DNA from: an uncultured Phycisphaeraceae bacterium
GTDB taxonomy: Bacteria > Planctomycetota > Phycisphaerae > UBA1845
Direction of reading: 5' to 3'
Length of the DNA: 64,000 nucleotides
Assembly: GCA_964526695.1 (NCBI GenBank)
Contig: CAZGJA010000089.1
Span: 52,694-116,693 of the forward strand
Shown here: positions 57,060-64,000 of the stretch, piece by piece
Layout of the letters: every line of letters begins with the position of its first letter
Numbering within the stretch: the first letter of the stretch is position 1
Translations under genes and position numbers: made by a program
Notes under the pieces: generated by a model
Told to the model about the DNA's origin: nothing
What the model saw: the letters and a program-made list of their open reading frames with translations, nothing else
Databases searched by the model: none

Positions 57060-57995
57060 ATGACGCAAGGGATGCAGATCTGCGATGTGACCTCTGCCGA
57101 CCCGCGGTACCTGCCCACGATGGGCAGGTTGCTGGCGGCGTTGGGGACGCTGATCGACGACCCGACTCGGCTCCGCGAATGGCTGGAGTCCCAGCGTCGC
57201 TTGCGCGTCGACACGGATCTGCTCGTAGCAGCGTGCGAGGGCGACCGGGTGGTTGCGTCGGCCGCAGCGCTGGGCTTGCCCGGTCGTGCCGCATTGCTTC
57301 TGCTGCCGCCCCGCTTGCCAGCGCGAACCGCGCCGCAGCTTGCCCATGCTCTCGTGCAACGTGTCAAGGGACGTTGCGCGGACGCCGGCTTTCGAGTGAT
57401 CCAGGGGCTGACGGAAATCGAGGACCGAACCTGGCCCGCCGTCTTGCGCGATTGCGGATTCCGTTTCGTCACGCGTCTGCTGCACCTGCGGCGCGGCGTG
57501 ACCGCTGACGACGCCCGCGCCGGAAACCACAGCGACCTGAGGTGGATTCCGTACAGAGAGGCAGAGCGATTGCGGTTCATCGCCATGCTGGCACGAACGT
57601 ACGAGGGCACGACAGACTTTCCGGAGCTGTCGGCCGCGCGCTCCGCTGAGGAGGCGTTGGAGTCGCACAGCGCGGCCGGCGAGAGCGGCACCCAGATGTG
57701 GGGGCTGGGGTTGCGGGATGACCAACCCGTGGCGGTGCTGCTGGCAGCGCTGCATCCAAGCCTGTCGATGCTCGAAGTGGCGTACCTCGGCGTGGCGCGG
57801 GAGGCGCGGGGCCGGGGAATCGGGGGCCAAGTCCTTGCCAGAGCAAGGGATGTCGCTGTGCGCGCGAGTGCCACAGTGTTGGCACTCTCCGTCGATCGGC
57901 GCAACGCGCCGGCGCGACGGCTCTACGATCGCTGGGGATTCCGCCCCAGTGGCGAGCGGGACGCCTGGATTCACGTCGTCTCCGACGACGTATGA
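57060..57995 (+). CDS. GNAT family N-acetyltransferase
   Basis: C-terminal acetyl-CoA motif VAREARGRGIGGQVL ... NAPARRLYDRWGF. Start trimmed to ATG 57060, past the repeat element. Confidence 0.75.
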   Translation: MTQGMQICDVTSADPRYLPTMGRLLAALGTLIDDPTRLREWLESQRRLRVDTDLLVAACEGDRVVASAAALGLPGRAALLLLPPRLPARTAPQLAHALVQRVKGRCADAGFRVIQGLTEIEDRTWPAVLRDCGFRFVTRLLHLRRGVTADDARAGNHSDLRWIPYREAERLRFIAMLARTYEGTTDFPELSAARSAEEALESHSAAGESGTQMWGLGLRDDQPVAVLLAALHPSLSMLEVAYLGVAREARGRGIGGQVLARARDVAVRASATVLALSVDRRNAPARRLYDRWGFRPSGERDAWIHVVSDDV

Positions 57996-58333
57996 GGCTT
58001 CGCGCGTCGTCTCCCGCGGTTGTCCACAGCATGTGACACCCGTCCGCGCGGGCGTGTGGAATGCGCCAAAAAAAATTTGCGAAATCTAAACCGTTGTCCG
58101 AGCGAAAGCCCCGCGCCGCGCGAGTCCCGCGCGAAAAAAAAGATCGTTGACTCGATGAAGAACGTGTTATACTTCACCCGTCGCCACAACAGGCGGCAAA
58201 GGCGAAGTTCGTGGTCGTCGTGGCTGCCCGCGACACAAGCGAAGTATCAAGAGTCAGGTTCGTTCAGGCCTTCTTTCTTTCGGCGTTGATCATCTCGTCC
58301 GTCGGGTCGGCTCATCCAGGAGGAGGAGCAACG
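57996..58333. other. candidate oriC / dnaA upstream region
   Basis: Immediately 5' of dnaA. A-tracts (ccaaaaaaaatttgcgaaatctaaa at 58066-58090; gaaaaaaaaga at 58133-58143) stand out in a high-GC genome. TTGTCCACA (58020-58028) matches TTATCCACA at 8/9. Weaker boxes at 58055 and 58094. Confidence 0.4.
58147..58173 (+). promoter_or_regulatory. possible sigma70-type dnaA promoter
   Basis: TTGACT (58147-58152), a 15-nt spacer, then an extended -10 TGtTATACT (58165-58173). The spacer is short and the consensus for this lineage is unknown. Confidence 0.3.
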
Positions 58334-59836
58334 GTGAATGTACGCGCATCGGATGTCGTGTCCTCGCTCGCCTCAGTGCTCACCGAGAAGATCGGTCCCC
58401 AGCGATTCAGCCTGTGGTTTAAGAACGTGACGCGGTTCGAAGTCACCGGCGACTACCTCCGTGTGTGGGTCGCCAACCCGTTCATTGGAGAATGGGTCGA
58501 GCGCCATTTCACCGAGGCGCTGCTTGAATCCGCGCGGGAGGTCACCGGGCAGGTTTTGCGCCTCAGCTTCACCATCGATCCGGCGCTGGCCGCTGCCGCG
58601 GGGCGCAAGCAGCCTGACCGTCAGGCGGAGTTCATCGCCACCAACCCCGAACGCGAGGCTCGGCATCCGCGTGGCACGAACGGATCCGTCCCGCCGCAGC
58701 GCCTTCCCGGTCGGCTCGACGACTTCATCGTCGGCCCGTCGAACCTCATGGCCTACACCGCGACGCAGCAGGTCATCGAGCATCCGGCGGGGATGTATAA
58801 CCCGCTGTTCATCCACGGCGGTTGCGGGTTGGGCAAGACGCACCTGCTCCAGGCCGTGTGCAACGGCATTCGCGAGCGGCAGCCTTCCCTCCAGTGGCGC
58901 TACGTCAGCGGCGAGCAGTTCACCAACGACTACATCTACGCGATCAAGAACCGCGACCTCGACGCCTTCCGCCACCGGTATCGCAACGTGGACGTGCTCG
59001 TCATCGACGACGTGCACTTCTTCGCGTCCAAGAAGGCCACGCAGGAGGAGTTCCTCCACACGTTCAACACCGTCTTCACCCTGGGCAAGCAGGTTGTGCT
59101 CTCCTCCGACGCGCACCCGAAGATGATCGGGCACCTGTCGGAGCACCTGGTCAGCCGGCTGGTGTCGGGCATGGTGGTGCGCATCGACTCGCCGGATTCG
59201 CAGGTGCGCATGGGCGTGCTGTCGGCCGCGGCGAAGCGCATGGGCGTGGAGGTTCCGGAGGCGGTGAAGCACTGCATCGCGGACAGCTTCCGCGCCAACA
59301 TCCGCGAGCTGGAAGGCGCGCTGCTGAAGGTGGTGGCGATGGCGGGCTTAAGCGGTCAGCCGCTGACGTTGTCGCTGGCGGAGCGGGCGCTGTCGGAGCT
59401 GGTGCGTCACACGGCGCCGGTGATCCGGCTTTCGGATATCGAGACGACTTCGGCGCTGTTCTTCGGGCTGACGGCCGGCGACCTGCACACGTCGCGGAAG
59501 ACGCGCACTATCGCGCTGGCGCGGTCCATCGCCATGTACCTGGCCCGCAAGCATACGAAACTGAGCTTCCCCGAAATCGGGCGGTTCATGGGCAACAAGA
59601 ATCACTCGACCGTCATCCTTGCGGCGCGGCGCGTGTCGAAGATGCTGCAGGGCGATGAGGAAGTCGCCTGGTGCACGCCGGCGGGTCAGAAGCAGATGAA
59701 CCTTGCAGTTCTGATCCAGGAGCTGGAAGATCAACTGGGTCATCGGCAACCCGTGCTCGCCCCGGTGCTGGCGTCGGCATCGGCGCCGGCAGCGCGGAAG
59801 GTTGAGACTCCCGAGCTTGCGGAGTGTGTCGCATGA
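58334..59836 (+). CDS. dnaA: chromosomal replication initiator protein DnaA
   Basis: GGAGGAGGAG RBS then GTG 58334. AAA+ motifs (NPLFIHGGCGLGKTHLL, VLVIDDVHF) and a C-terminal DNA-binding block (IALARSIAMYLARKHT..SFPEIGRFMGNKNHSTV). Confidence 0.93.
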   Translation: MNVRASDVVSSLASVLTEKIGPQRFSLWFKNVTRFEVTGDYLRVWVANPFIGEWVERHFTEALLESAREVTGQVLRLSFTIDPALAAAAGRKQPDRQAEFIATNPEREARHPRGTNGSVPPQRLPGRLDDFIVGPSNLMAYTATQQVIEHPAGMYNPLFIHGGCGLGKTHLLQAVCNGIRERQPSLQWRYVSGEQFTNDYIYAIKNRDLDAFRHRYRNVDVLVIDDVHFFASKKATQEEFLHTFNTVFTLGKQVVLSSDAHPKMIGHLSEHLVSRLVSGMVVRIDSPDSQVRMGVLSAAAKRMGVEVPEAVKHCIADSFRANIRELEGALLKVVAMAGLSGQPLTLSLAERALSELVRHTAPVIRLSDIETTSALFFGLTAGDLHTSRKTRTIALARSIAMYLARKHTKLSFPEIGRFMGNKNHSTVILAARRVSKMLQGDEEVAWCTPAGQKQMNLAVLIQELEDQLGHRQPVLAPVLASASAPAARKVETPELAECVA

Positions 59837-59850
59837 CGTGGCAGGGCTGA

Positions 59851-61287
59851 ATGACGTTGATGATGGGAGTGTCCGGGATCCGCGGCATCGTCGGGCAGAC
59901 GATGACGCCGGAGCTGGTGCGCCGGGCGGCGTCGGGGTTTGTCGCGTTTCTCGGGGGCGCGTCAGCGAAGGGCGCTGCGTCAACGAAGGGCGGGGTGCGG
60001 CTGGTGGTGGCGCGCGACTCCCGCCCCAGCGGCGCGGAGCTGGCGTCGCACCTTCTGGATGAGCTGGCCGCGCGCGGCTGCCCTGCCGTTGACTTGGGCA
60101 TCGTCTCGACGCCTTGCGCGGGGCGCGCCGTTCGACGGCTGGCCTGCGACGGCGGAATCCTCCTCACCGCGAGCCACAATCCCGCGCAGTACAACGGCAT
60201 CAAGTTCCTCACGCGCGAAGGCGGCGCCCCCAATGCGAAAGCCGCGGCCGCGATACTCGAGCAGATTCACGCGATTCCCACGGTTCCCCAGCACGCCGTG
60301 CCCGCCTCGTTTCGCGCTGCTGCTTCCCCATCGCCCGGCATCCGCGGCGGTGCGTTGGGGACCACGCCGGAAGGCGCGGAAGCGCTCCGCGAACACGTCG
60401 AGGCCGTGCTCGATACGGTCGTCGTCGAGCGCATCCGCGCCGCGCGGTTTCACGTCGTGCTGGACAGCGTGTGCGGCGCCGGGGGGGGGGAAGGGCTTGC
60501 GCTGCTTGCGGCGCTGGGGTGCCGCGTGACGCACATGGGCGCCGAGCCGAGCGGTGTTTTTCCCCACGCGCCGGAGCCGGTGGAGGAGAACCTGACGGAG
60601 CTGGCGGAGACGGTGCGTCGCGTCGGGGCGGACGCCGGCCTCGCGCAGGATCCCGACGCCGATCGGCTGGCGATCGTGGACGAGACGGGTCGCTACATCG
60701 GCGAGGAGTACACGCTGGCGCTGTCGGCGATGAACGTGCTGGGCATGAGGCCCGGCACGGCCGTGGCGAATCTTTCGACTTCGCGCATGATCGACGACGT
60801 GGCGGCCGCGATCCCCGGATGCCGGGTCGAGCGCAGCGCCGTCGGCGAGGCGAACGTCGTCGAGCGGATGCGCGCGACGGGCGCGGTGATCGGCGGCGAG
60901 GGCAACGGCGGAGTCATTGATCCGCGCATCGGCTGGATTCGAGACAGCCTCGTGGCGATGGCGCAGGTCTTGGAACTGCGGGCGCGGCGCGGTCAACCGC
61001 TGTCGCGCATCGTCGCCTCCATGCCGCGCTACGAGATCGTCAAGGCCAAGCTCGACCTGCCCGCGGACGGCGTGCGCCCGATCCTCGACCGAGTTCTGGC
61101 CGCCTACGCGAAGGAGCGGATCAGCGGCGTGGATGGCGTCCGCGTGGATCGCGCGGACGGCTGGTTCCACGTCCGCGGGTCCAACACCGAGCCGATCATG
61201 CGCATCATCGCGGAAGCCAAAGATCGCGCCGCAGCCGAGCGCATGATCGACGAGGTGCGCAGCCTCGTGGCGCAGCATCAGGATTGA
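59851..61287 (+). CDS. glmM: phosphoglucosamine mutase / phosphohexomutase family
   Basis: GVSGIRG, the phosphoserine loop LTASHNPAQYNGIKF, a Mg loop (QDPDADRL) and GGEGNGG. Substrate specificity is not resolvable from sequence alone. Confidence 0.85.
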   Translation: MTLMMGVSGIRGIVGQTMTPELVRRAASGFVAFLGGASAKGAASTKGGVRLVVARDSRPSGAELASHLLDELAARGCPAVDLGIVSTPCAGRAVRRLACDGGILLTASHNPAQYNGIKFLTREGGAPNAKAAAAILEQIHAIPTVPQHAVPASFRAAASPSPGIRGGALGTTPEGAEALREHVEAVLDTVVVERIRAARFHVVLDSVCGAGGGEGLALLAALGCRVTHMGAEPSGVFPHAPEPVEENLTELAETVRRVGADAGLAQDPDADRLAIVDETGRYIGEEYTLALSAMNVLGMRPGTAVANLSTSRMIDDVAAAIPGCRVERSAVGEANVVERMRATGAVIGGEGNGGVIDPRIGWIRDSLVAMAQVLELRARRGQPLSRIVASMPRYEIVKAKLDLPADGVRPILDRVLAAYAKERISGVDGVRVDRADGWFHVRGSNTEPIMRIIAEAKDRAAAERMIDEVRSLVAQHQD

Positions 61288-61410
61288 CGCCGCGACTGAA
61301 ACGTCGAAACGCCGAAATCAGAACACCTTACGCGAGTGAGGAGCGTTCCGACCCACCATTGAAGCGCGGAGGCGCCGACTTATCAAGAACTCGACGCATG
61401 AATTGCGTAT

Positions 61411-61451
61411 GGGTGGCATGCTCTCGCGGTACTCCGCGTGAGCATGTGCCC
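61411..61451 (+). repeat. GGGTGGCATGCTCTCG..GTACTC..CGTGAGCATG hairpin unit (subfamily)
   Basis: gggtggcatgctctcgcggtactccgcgtgagcatgtgccc. Same subfamily as 17740-17780 and 17809-17850. Confidence 0.8.
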
Positions 61452-61516
61452 TAAGCCGCGCGCCCAGGCGCAATTCGCGCCGCGTTCGACCGCGCTCGGG
61501 TGAATTCGGCGCTGCC

Positions 61517-61951
61517 TCACGGCATGTCGCAGCAGCAGATGTCGCCGCTTTCGGTGACGACGTCGCAGACGCCCTCCGGGATGCCCACATCGCAGGGGAT
61601 GTCCGGCGCCGAACAGCACAATTCATCAGCCCAGTCCGTTGACTTCTTCGCGCGAGCGCGGGTGGTCCGGCCCTGCGGTGCTGACACTGTGGCGCGCGGC
61701 GCGTCGGTGAGCGCGGCGGGAGGGCGGAAGTCGGACATCTGCAATGACGCGTAGGCCTGGCGGCAGCGGCGGAACTGAGTGCGTGCCAGCGGGATGGCGC
61801 GCCACACGCCCTCGCGGATCAGGTCCGCGCGGATCACGTTCGAGCACGAAGGTCCGCCGGTGACGGCGCGGTAGGCGCAGCGGAAGCCTTTCATCGGAGA
61901 AATCCAGCGCTGGTAGAAGGTGATCAGCAAGGCGAGGACGTGCCGCATCAT
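61517..61951 (-). CDS. YidD-like (DUF37) protein with a C-terminal Cys-rich extension
   Basis: LLITFYQRWISPMKGFRCAY....PSCS...I...G resembles YidD. The extra ~65 aa end in CCSAPDIPCDVGIPEGVCDVVTESGDICCCDMP. The minus strand has the GC3-rich codon pattern. Confidence 0.5.
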   Translation of the reverse strand: MMRHVLALLITFYQRWISPMKGFRCAYRAVTGGPSCSNVIRADLIREGVWRAIPLARTQFRRCRQAYASLQMSDFRPPAALTDAPRATVSAPQGRTTRARAKKSTDWADELCCSAPDIPCDVGIPEGVCDVVTESGDICCCDMP

Positions 61952-62124
61952 GGTGCATGATCCGCGAATCGCTCGACGTCGGTATCGACGCGCCGGTGAG
62001 CGCAGGCCCGATGGCATGAGCATAACAGGTTCGCGGGCGCTGTCGCTTATAATCCCGAGCGTTTTGTGGATGGGTGAGCGGAGCCGGCCAGCCCGGCGCG
62101 GGGCGGCGAAGCGATCCTTGATCG

Positions 62125-62266
62125 CCACGGCCTGGCGAGTACGCCAGATCGTGCCACCCAGCCGAGCGTCTTGAGCATTGGCGAGCGGACCCGGCTGGAC
62201 TGGCGCGAGCCGGCGGTGCAGTCCTTGATCGCCACGGCCTGGCGAGTACGCCAGACCGTGCCACCC
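62125..62266 (-). repeat. two direct copies of the 35-nt GGGTGGCACGGTCTGGCGTACTCGCCAGGCCGTGG unit, 107 bp apart, with shared flank TCCTTGATCG
   Basis: Units at 62125-62159 and 62232-62266 (reverse orientation). An extra GTGCCACCC half-site at 62271-62279. Confidence 0.85.
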
Positions 62267-62443
62267 GGCCGTGCCACCCGGCGCGGGGGTGACGAGGGGA
62301 AGGCCTCCTCGCGAATCCTGCCACAGCCCATCAGGGAAGAACCCTCGCGGGTCGCGCATCCAATGTCGGTCGGGCGCGGTTGGGCCGGTTCGCTGTTGGA
62401 CGCGGCTCCCCGCGCGGATTTGAAACAGGAAGGTGAACGGATA

Positions 62444-63124
62444 ATGACATCGCTCAAGATGCGGATCCTAAGTGCTTGTTTGATAGCAGGTTGTGCTCTT
62501 GTTGGGACGGCGGCAGCGCAGGAAGACGGGACGAAGAAGCCCACCGCTCAGCCGCCGGCTGCGGGAAAGGCGCCCGCCGCGACGCAGGCCCCAGTCGCGG
62601 CGCTGCCCAAGTGCCCGGTCATGGGCGAGGAGATCGACTTCTCGGTTCGCACGGACACGCCCGACGGTCCGGTTTACTTCTGCTGCGCGATGTGCATCAG
62701 CAAGTTTGAGAAGGAACCCGCCAAGTTCGCGGACGCGGTCAAGGCGCAGCGCGAGACGCTCGCCAAGCGGGCGCGCGTGCAGACCAAGTGCCCGGTCAGC
62801 GGCAAGCCGGTGGACGGCAAGACCTCGGCCGAGGTGGGCGGGCAGAAGGTTTCCTTCTGTTGCGCGCAGTGCGTGGACAAGTACAAGGCCGAGCCGGCGA
62901 AGTACAAAGGCGCGCTGGAGGGCAGCTACACGTATCAGACGAAGTGCCCGGTCAGCGGCGAGGACATCAACCCGACCGTCGCTTCGGATCTGTCCACGGG
63001 GCAGCGCATCTACTTCTGCTGCAAGGACTGCATCGAGAAGTTCAACAAGGACGCCGCCAAGTATGCGCCAAAGCTGGCTGAGCAAGGCGTACACGTGGAC
63101 GTCAAGAAACTCCAGGGTAAGTAG
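62444..63124 (+). CDS. secreted protein with three tandem YHS/TRASH-like domains
   Basis: Signal peptide (ILSACLIAGCALVGTAAAQ). Three repeats of KCPV(M/S)G...(Y/S)FCC..C..K(F/Y)...P.K(F/Y). Confidence 0.75.
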   Translation: MTSLKMRILSACLIAGCALVGTAAAQEDGTKKPTAQPPAAGKAPAATQAPVAALPKCPVMGEEIDFSVRTDTPDGPVYFCCAMCISKFEKEPAKFADAVKAQRETLAKRARVQTKCPVSGKPVDGKTSAEVGGQKVSFCCAQCVDKYKAEPAKYKGALEGSYTYQTKCPVSGEDINPTVASDLSTGQRIYFCCKDCIEKFNKDAAKYAPKLAEQGVHVDVKKLQGK

Positions 63125-63140
63125 AGGCGTTCGCAGCATC

Positions 63141-63288
63141 GAGTAGTTCGCGCCGCGCGGGGAGTGGGTAGTTCGCCGCTCCGCGGCGAGAACGCGTCGG
63201 GTGGTCCGCCGCAACGCGACGAGAACGCGGTGGTAATCCGCCGCAACGCGACGAGAGCGCGGTGGGTAGTTCGCCGCTCCGCGGCGAG
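63141..63288. repeat. tandem array (5 units, period 32-33 bp) of GGGTAGTTCGCCGCTCCGCGGCGA-type hairpins
   Basis: Units read directly. Units 3-4 are variants (GGTCCGCCGCAACGCGACGAG). The units are contiguous, with no unique spacers. Confidence 0.85.
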
Positions 63289-63413
63289 CGTGCGCCCTAG
63301 ACTCGCGCGACTGGCGGCTCCTTTGCGCCTGATACTCAGGGGCTAGCAAGGAGTAATCGTTCTCCTTGGAGCGGGGGTGGTGCGCGCTGCGGGGCGGAAG
63401 AACCCTCCCCCGG

Positions 63414-63508
63414 CCCCTCCCTGAAAGGGAGGAGAGTTTCCCAATGGCCCTCCCTGAGAGGGAGGGGAGTTCCCAAGCTGCCTTCCTTCAAGGGGAGGGG
63501 AGTTTGCC
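63414..63508. repeat. three tandem CCCTCCCTGAGAGGGAGGGGAGTT-type hairpins
   Basis: cccctccctgaaagggaggagagtttcc / ccctccctgagagggaggggagttcc / ccttccttcaaggggaggggagtttgcc. Confidence 0.85.
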
Positions 63509-63572
63509 TTTGGCCCGCCCTCACGTAGAGGGCGCAGGCTGAGCGACCCTCGGTACGCAGATGGGCGCGGGC

Positions 63573-64000
63573 ATGAGTCGATTCCGTATGACACACAGAG
63601 TCCGTGTTTCGCGAAGGCCGGGACGCGTGTGGATTGTTGTCGCCGTGGTGGCGTTCGTCCTGCTGGCGAGCGTCACGGCGCTGCTCACGTTCGCGCCCGA
63701 AGCGCTATGGCGAAAACTCGCCGATCGAGCCGCGGCCGGATCGGGCGGCTCGGTCGAGAGCGCTCCCGGCGTCGGCGGCGCTGAAGCAGGCACAAAACAA
63801 GACGCGAACAAGGAAGGCGAGGGCAAGGCCGCGGCGCCGCAGCTCTACACCTGCGGCATGCATCCCAACGTCATCCAGTCCACGCCCGGCGACTGTCCCA
63901 TCTGCCACATGAAGCTGACGCCCATGAAGACCGGGCAGGAGGAGAAACTTGATGAGCGCGAGCGCAAAGTTCTGTACTGGCGCTCGCCGATGGTCGCGGG
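63573..64000 (+). CDS. efflux RND periplasmic adaptor (CusB-like), 5' partial
   Basis: Own translation: MSRFRMTHRVRVSRRPGRVWIVVAVVAFVLLAS...LYTCGMHPNVIQSTPGDCPICHMKLTP, i.e. a TM anchor plus the heavy-metal-binding YTCPMHP..PG.CP.C.M.L motif. Runs off the window end. Alternative starts at 63561 and 63588. Confidence 0.75.
   Translation, partial: MSRFRMTHRVRVSRRPGRVWIVVAVVAFVLLASVTALLTFAPEALWRKLADRAAAGSGGSVESAPGVGGAEAGTKQDANKEGEGKAAAPQLYTCGMHPNVIQSTPGDCPICHMKLTPMKTGQEEKLDERERKVLYWRSPMVA

Noticed and set aside
63141-63288. 32-33-bp periodic array considered as a CRISPR array
   Set aside because: The units are contiguous with no unique spacers, each unit is itself a hairpin of a dispersed family, and no cas genes are present in the window.

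Overview
High-GC bacterial chromosomal window. Hand counts of 60-nt lines give about 70% GC in core genes. Gene content and repeat style look Planctomycetota-like, but that is inference only.

Core content, in order:
- M16 peptidase.
- A prkA-(uma2)-yeaH-spoVR stress operon.
- Two PQQ-type beta-propeller exoproteins.
- A PaaK-like ligase, Bpt/Ate arginyltransferase, trxA and aconitase acnA.
- rpsR and an LPS/heptose cluster (waaL-like, GT4, hldE, gmhA, epimerase).
- A trpE-G-D-C-B-A-DAHP synthase operon, preceded by a candidate WWW leader peptide and an intrinsic terminator.
- M29 aminopeptidase, a large secreted metzincin-like protein, a HAD hydrolase, purB and pyrE.
- An mlaFEDB-like operon and a GNAT gene.
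- dnaA with an AT-rich candidate oriC, and a glmM-like mutase.
- A metal-related cluster: YidD-like protein with a Cys-rich tail, a triple YHS-domain protein, and a partial CusB-like adaptor.

I found no rRNA, tRNA or CRISPR array.

The accessory part is the trxA-acnA interval (about 19.9-23.7 kb). It holds a DUF6883/DUF4926 gene pair, a hairpin-dense noncoding stretch, and a low-GC islet with an HNH-like protein and a DUF4145 protein. It also holds a diverged remnant of the acnA 3' end and a RAYT (IS200-like Y1 transposase) gene.

The most distinctive signal is a dense population of at least five families of short hairpin repeats:
- One family is a REPIN/MITE-like doublet of about 100 bp with GGGTGGCACGG termini. 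At least 9 full or partial copies are present.
- Repeat units have entered coding sequence: two in-frame insertions in acnA, and one stop-bearing insertion in a formyltransferase gene.
- A 7-nt microsatellite sits in the 5' end of an exoprotein gene, making it a phase-variation candidate.

Many long ORFs in the supplied track are antisense shadows typical of high-GC DNA and were not called.
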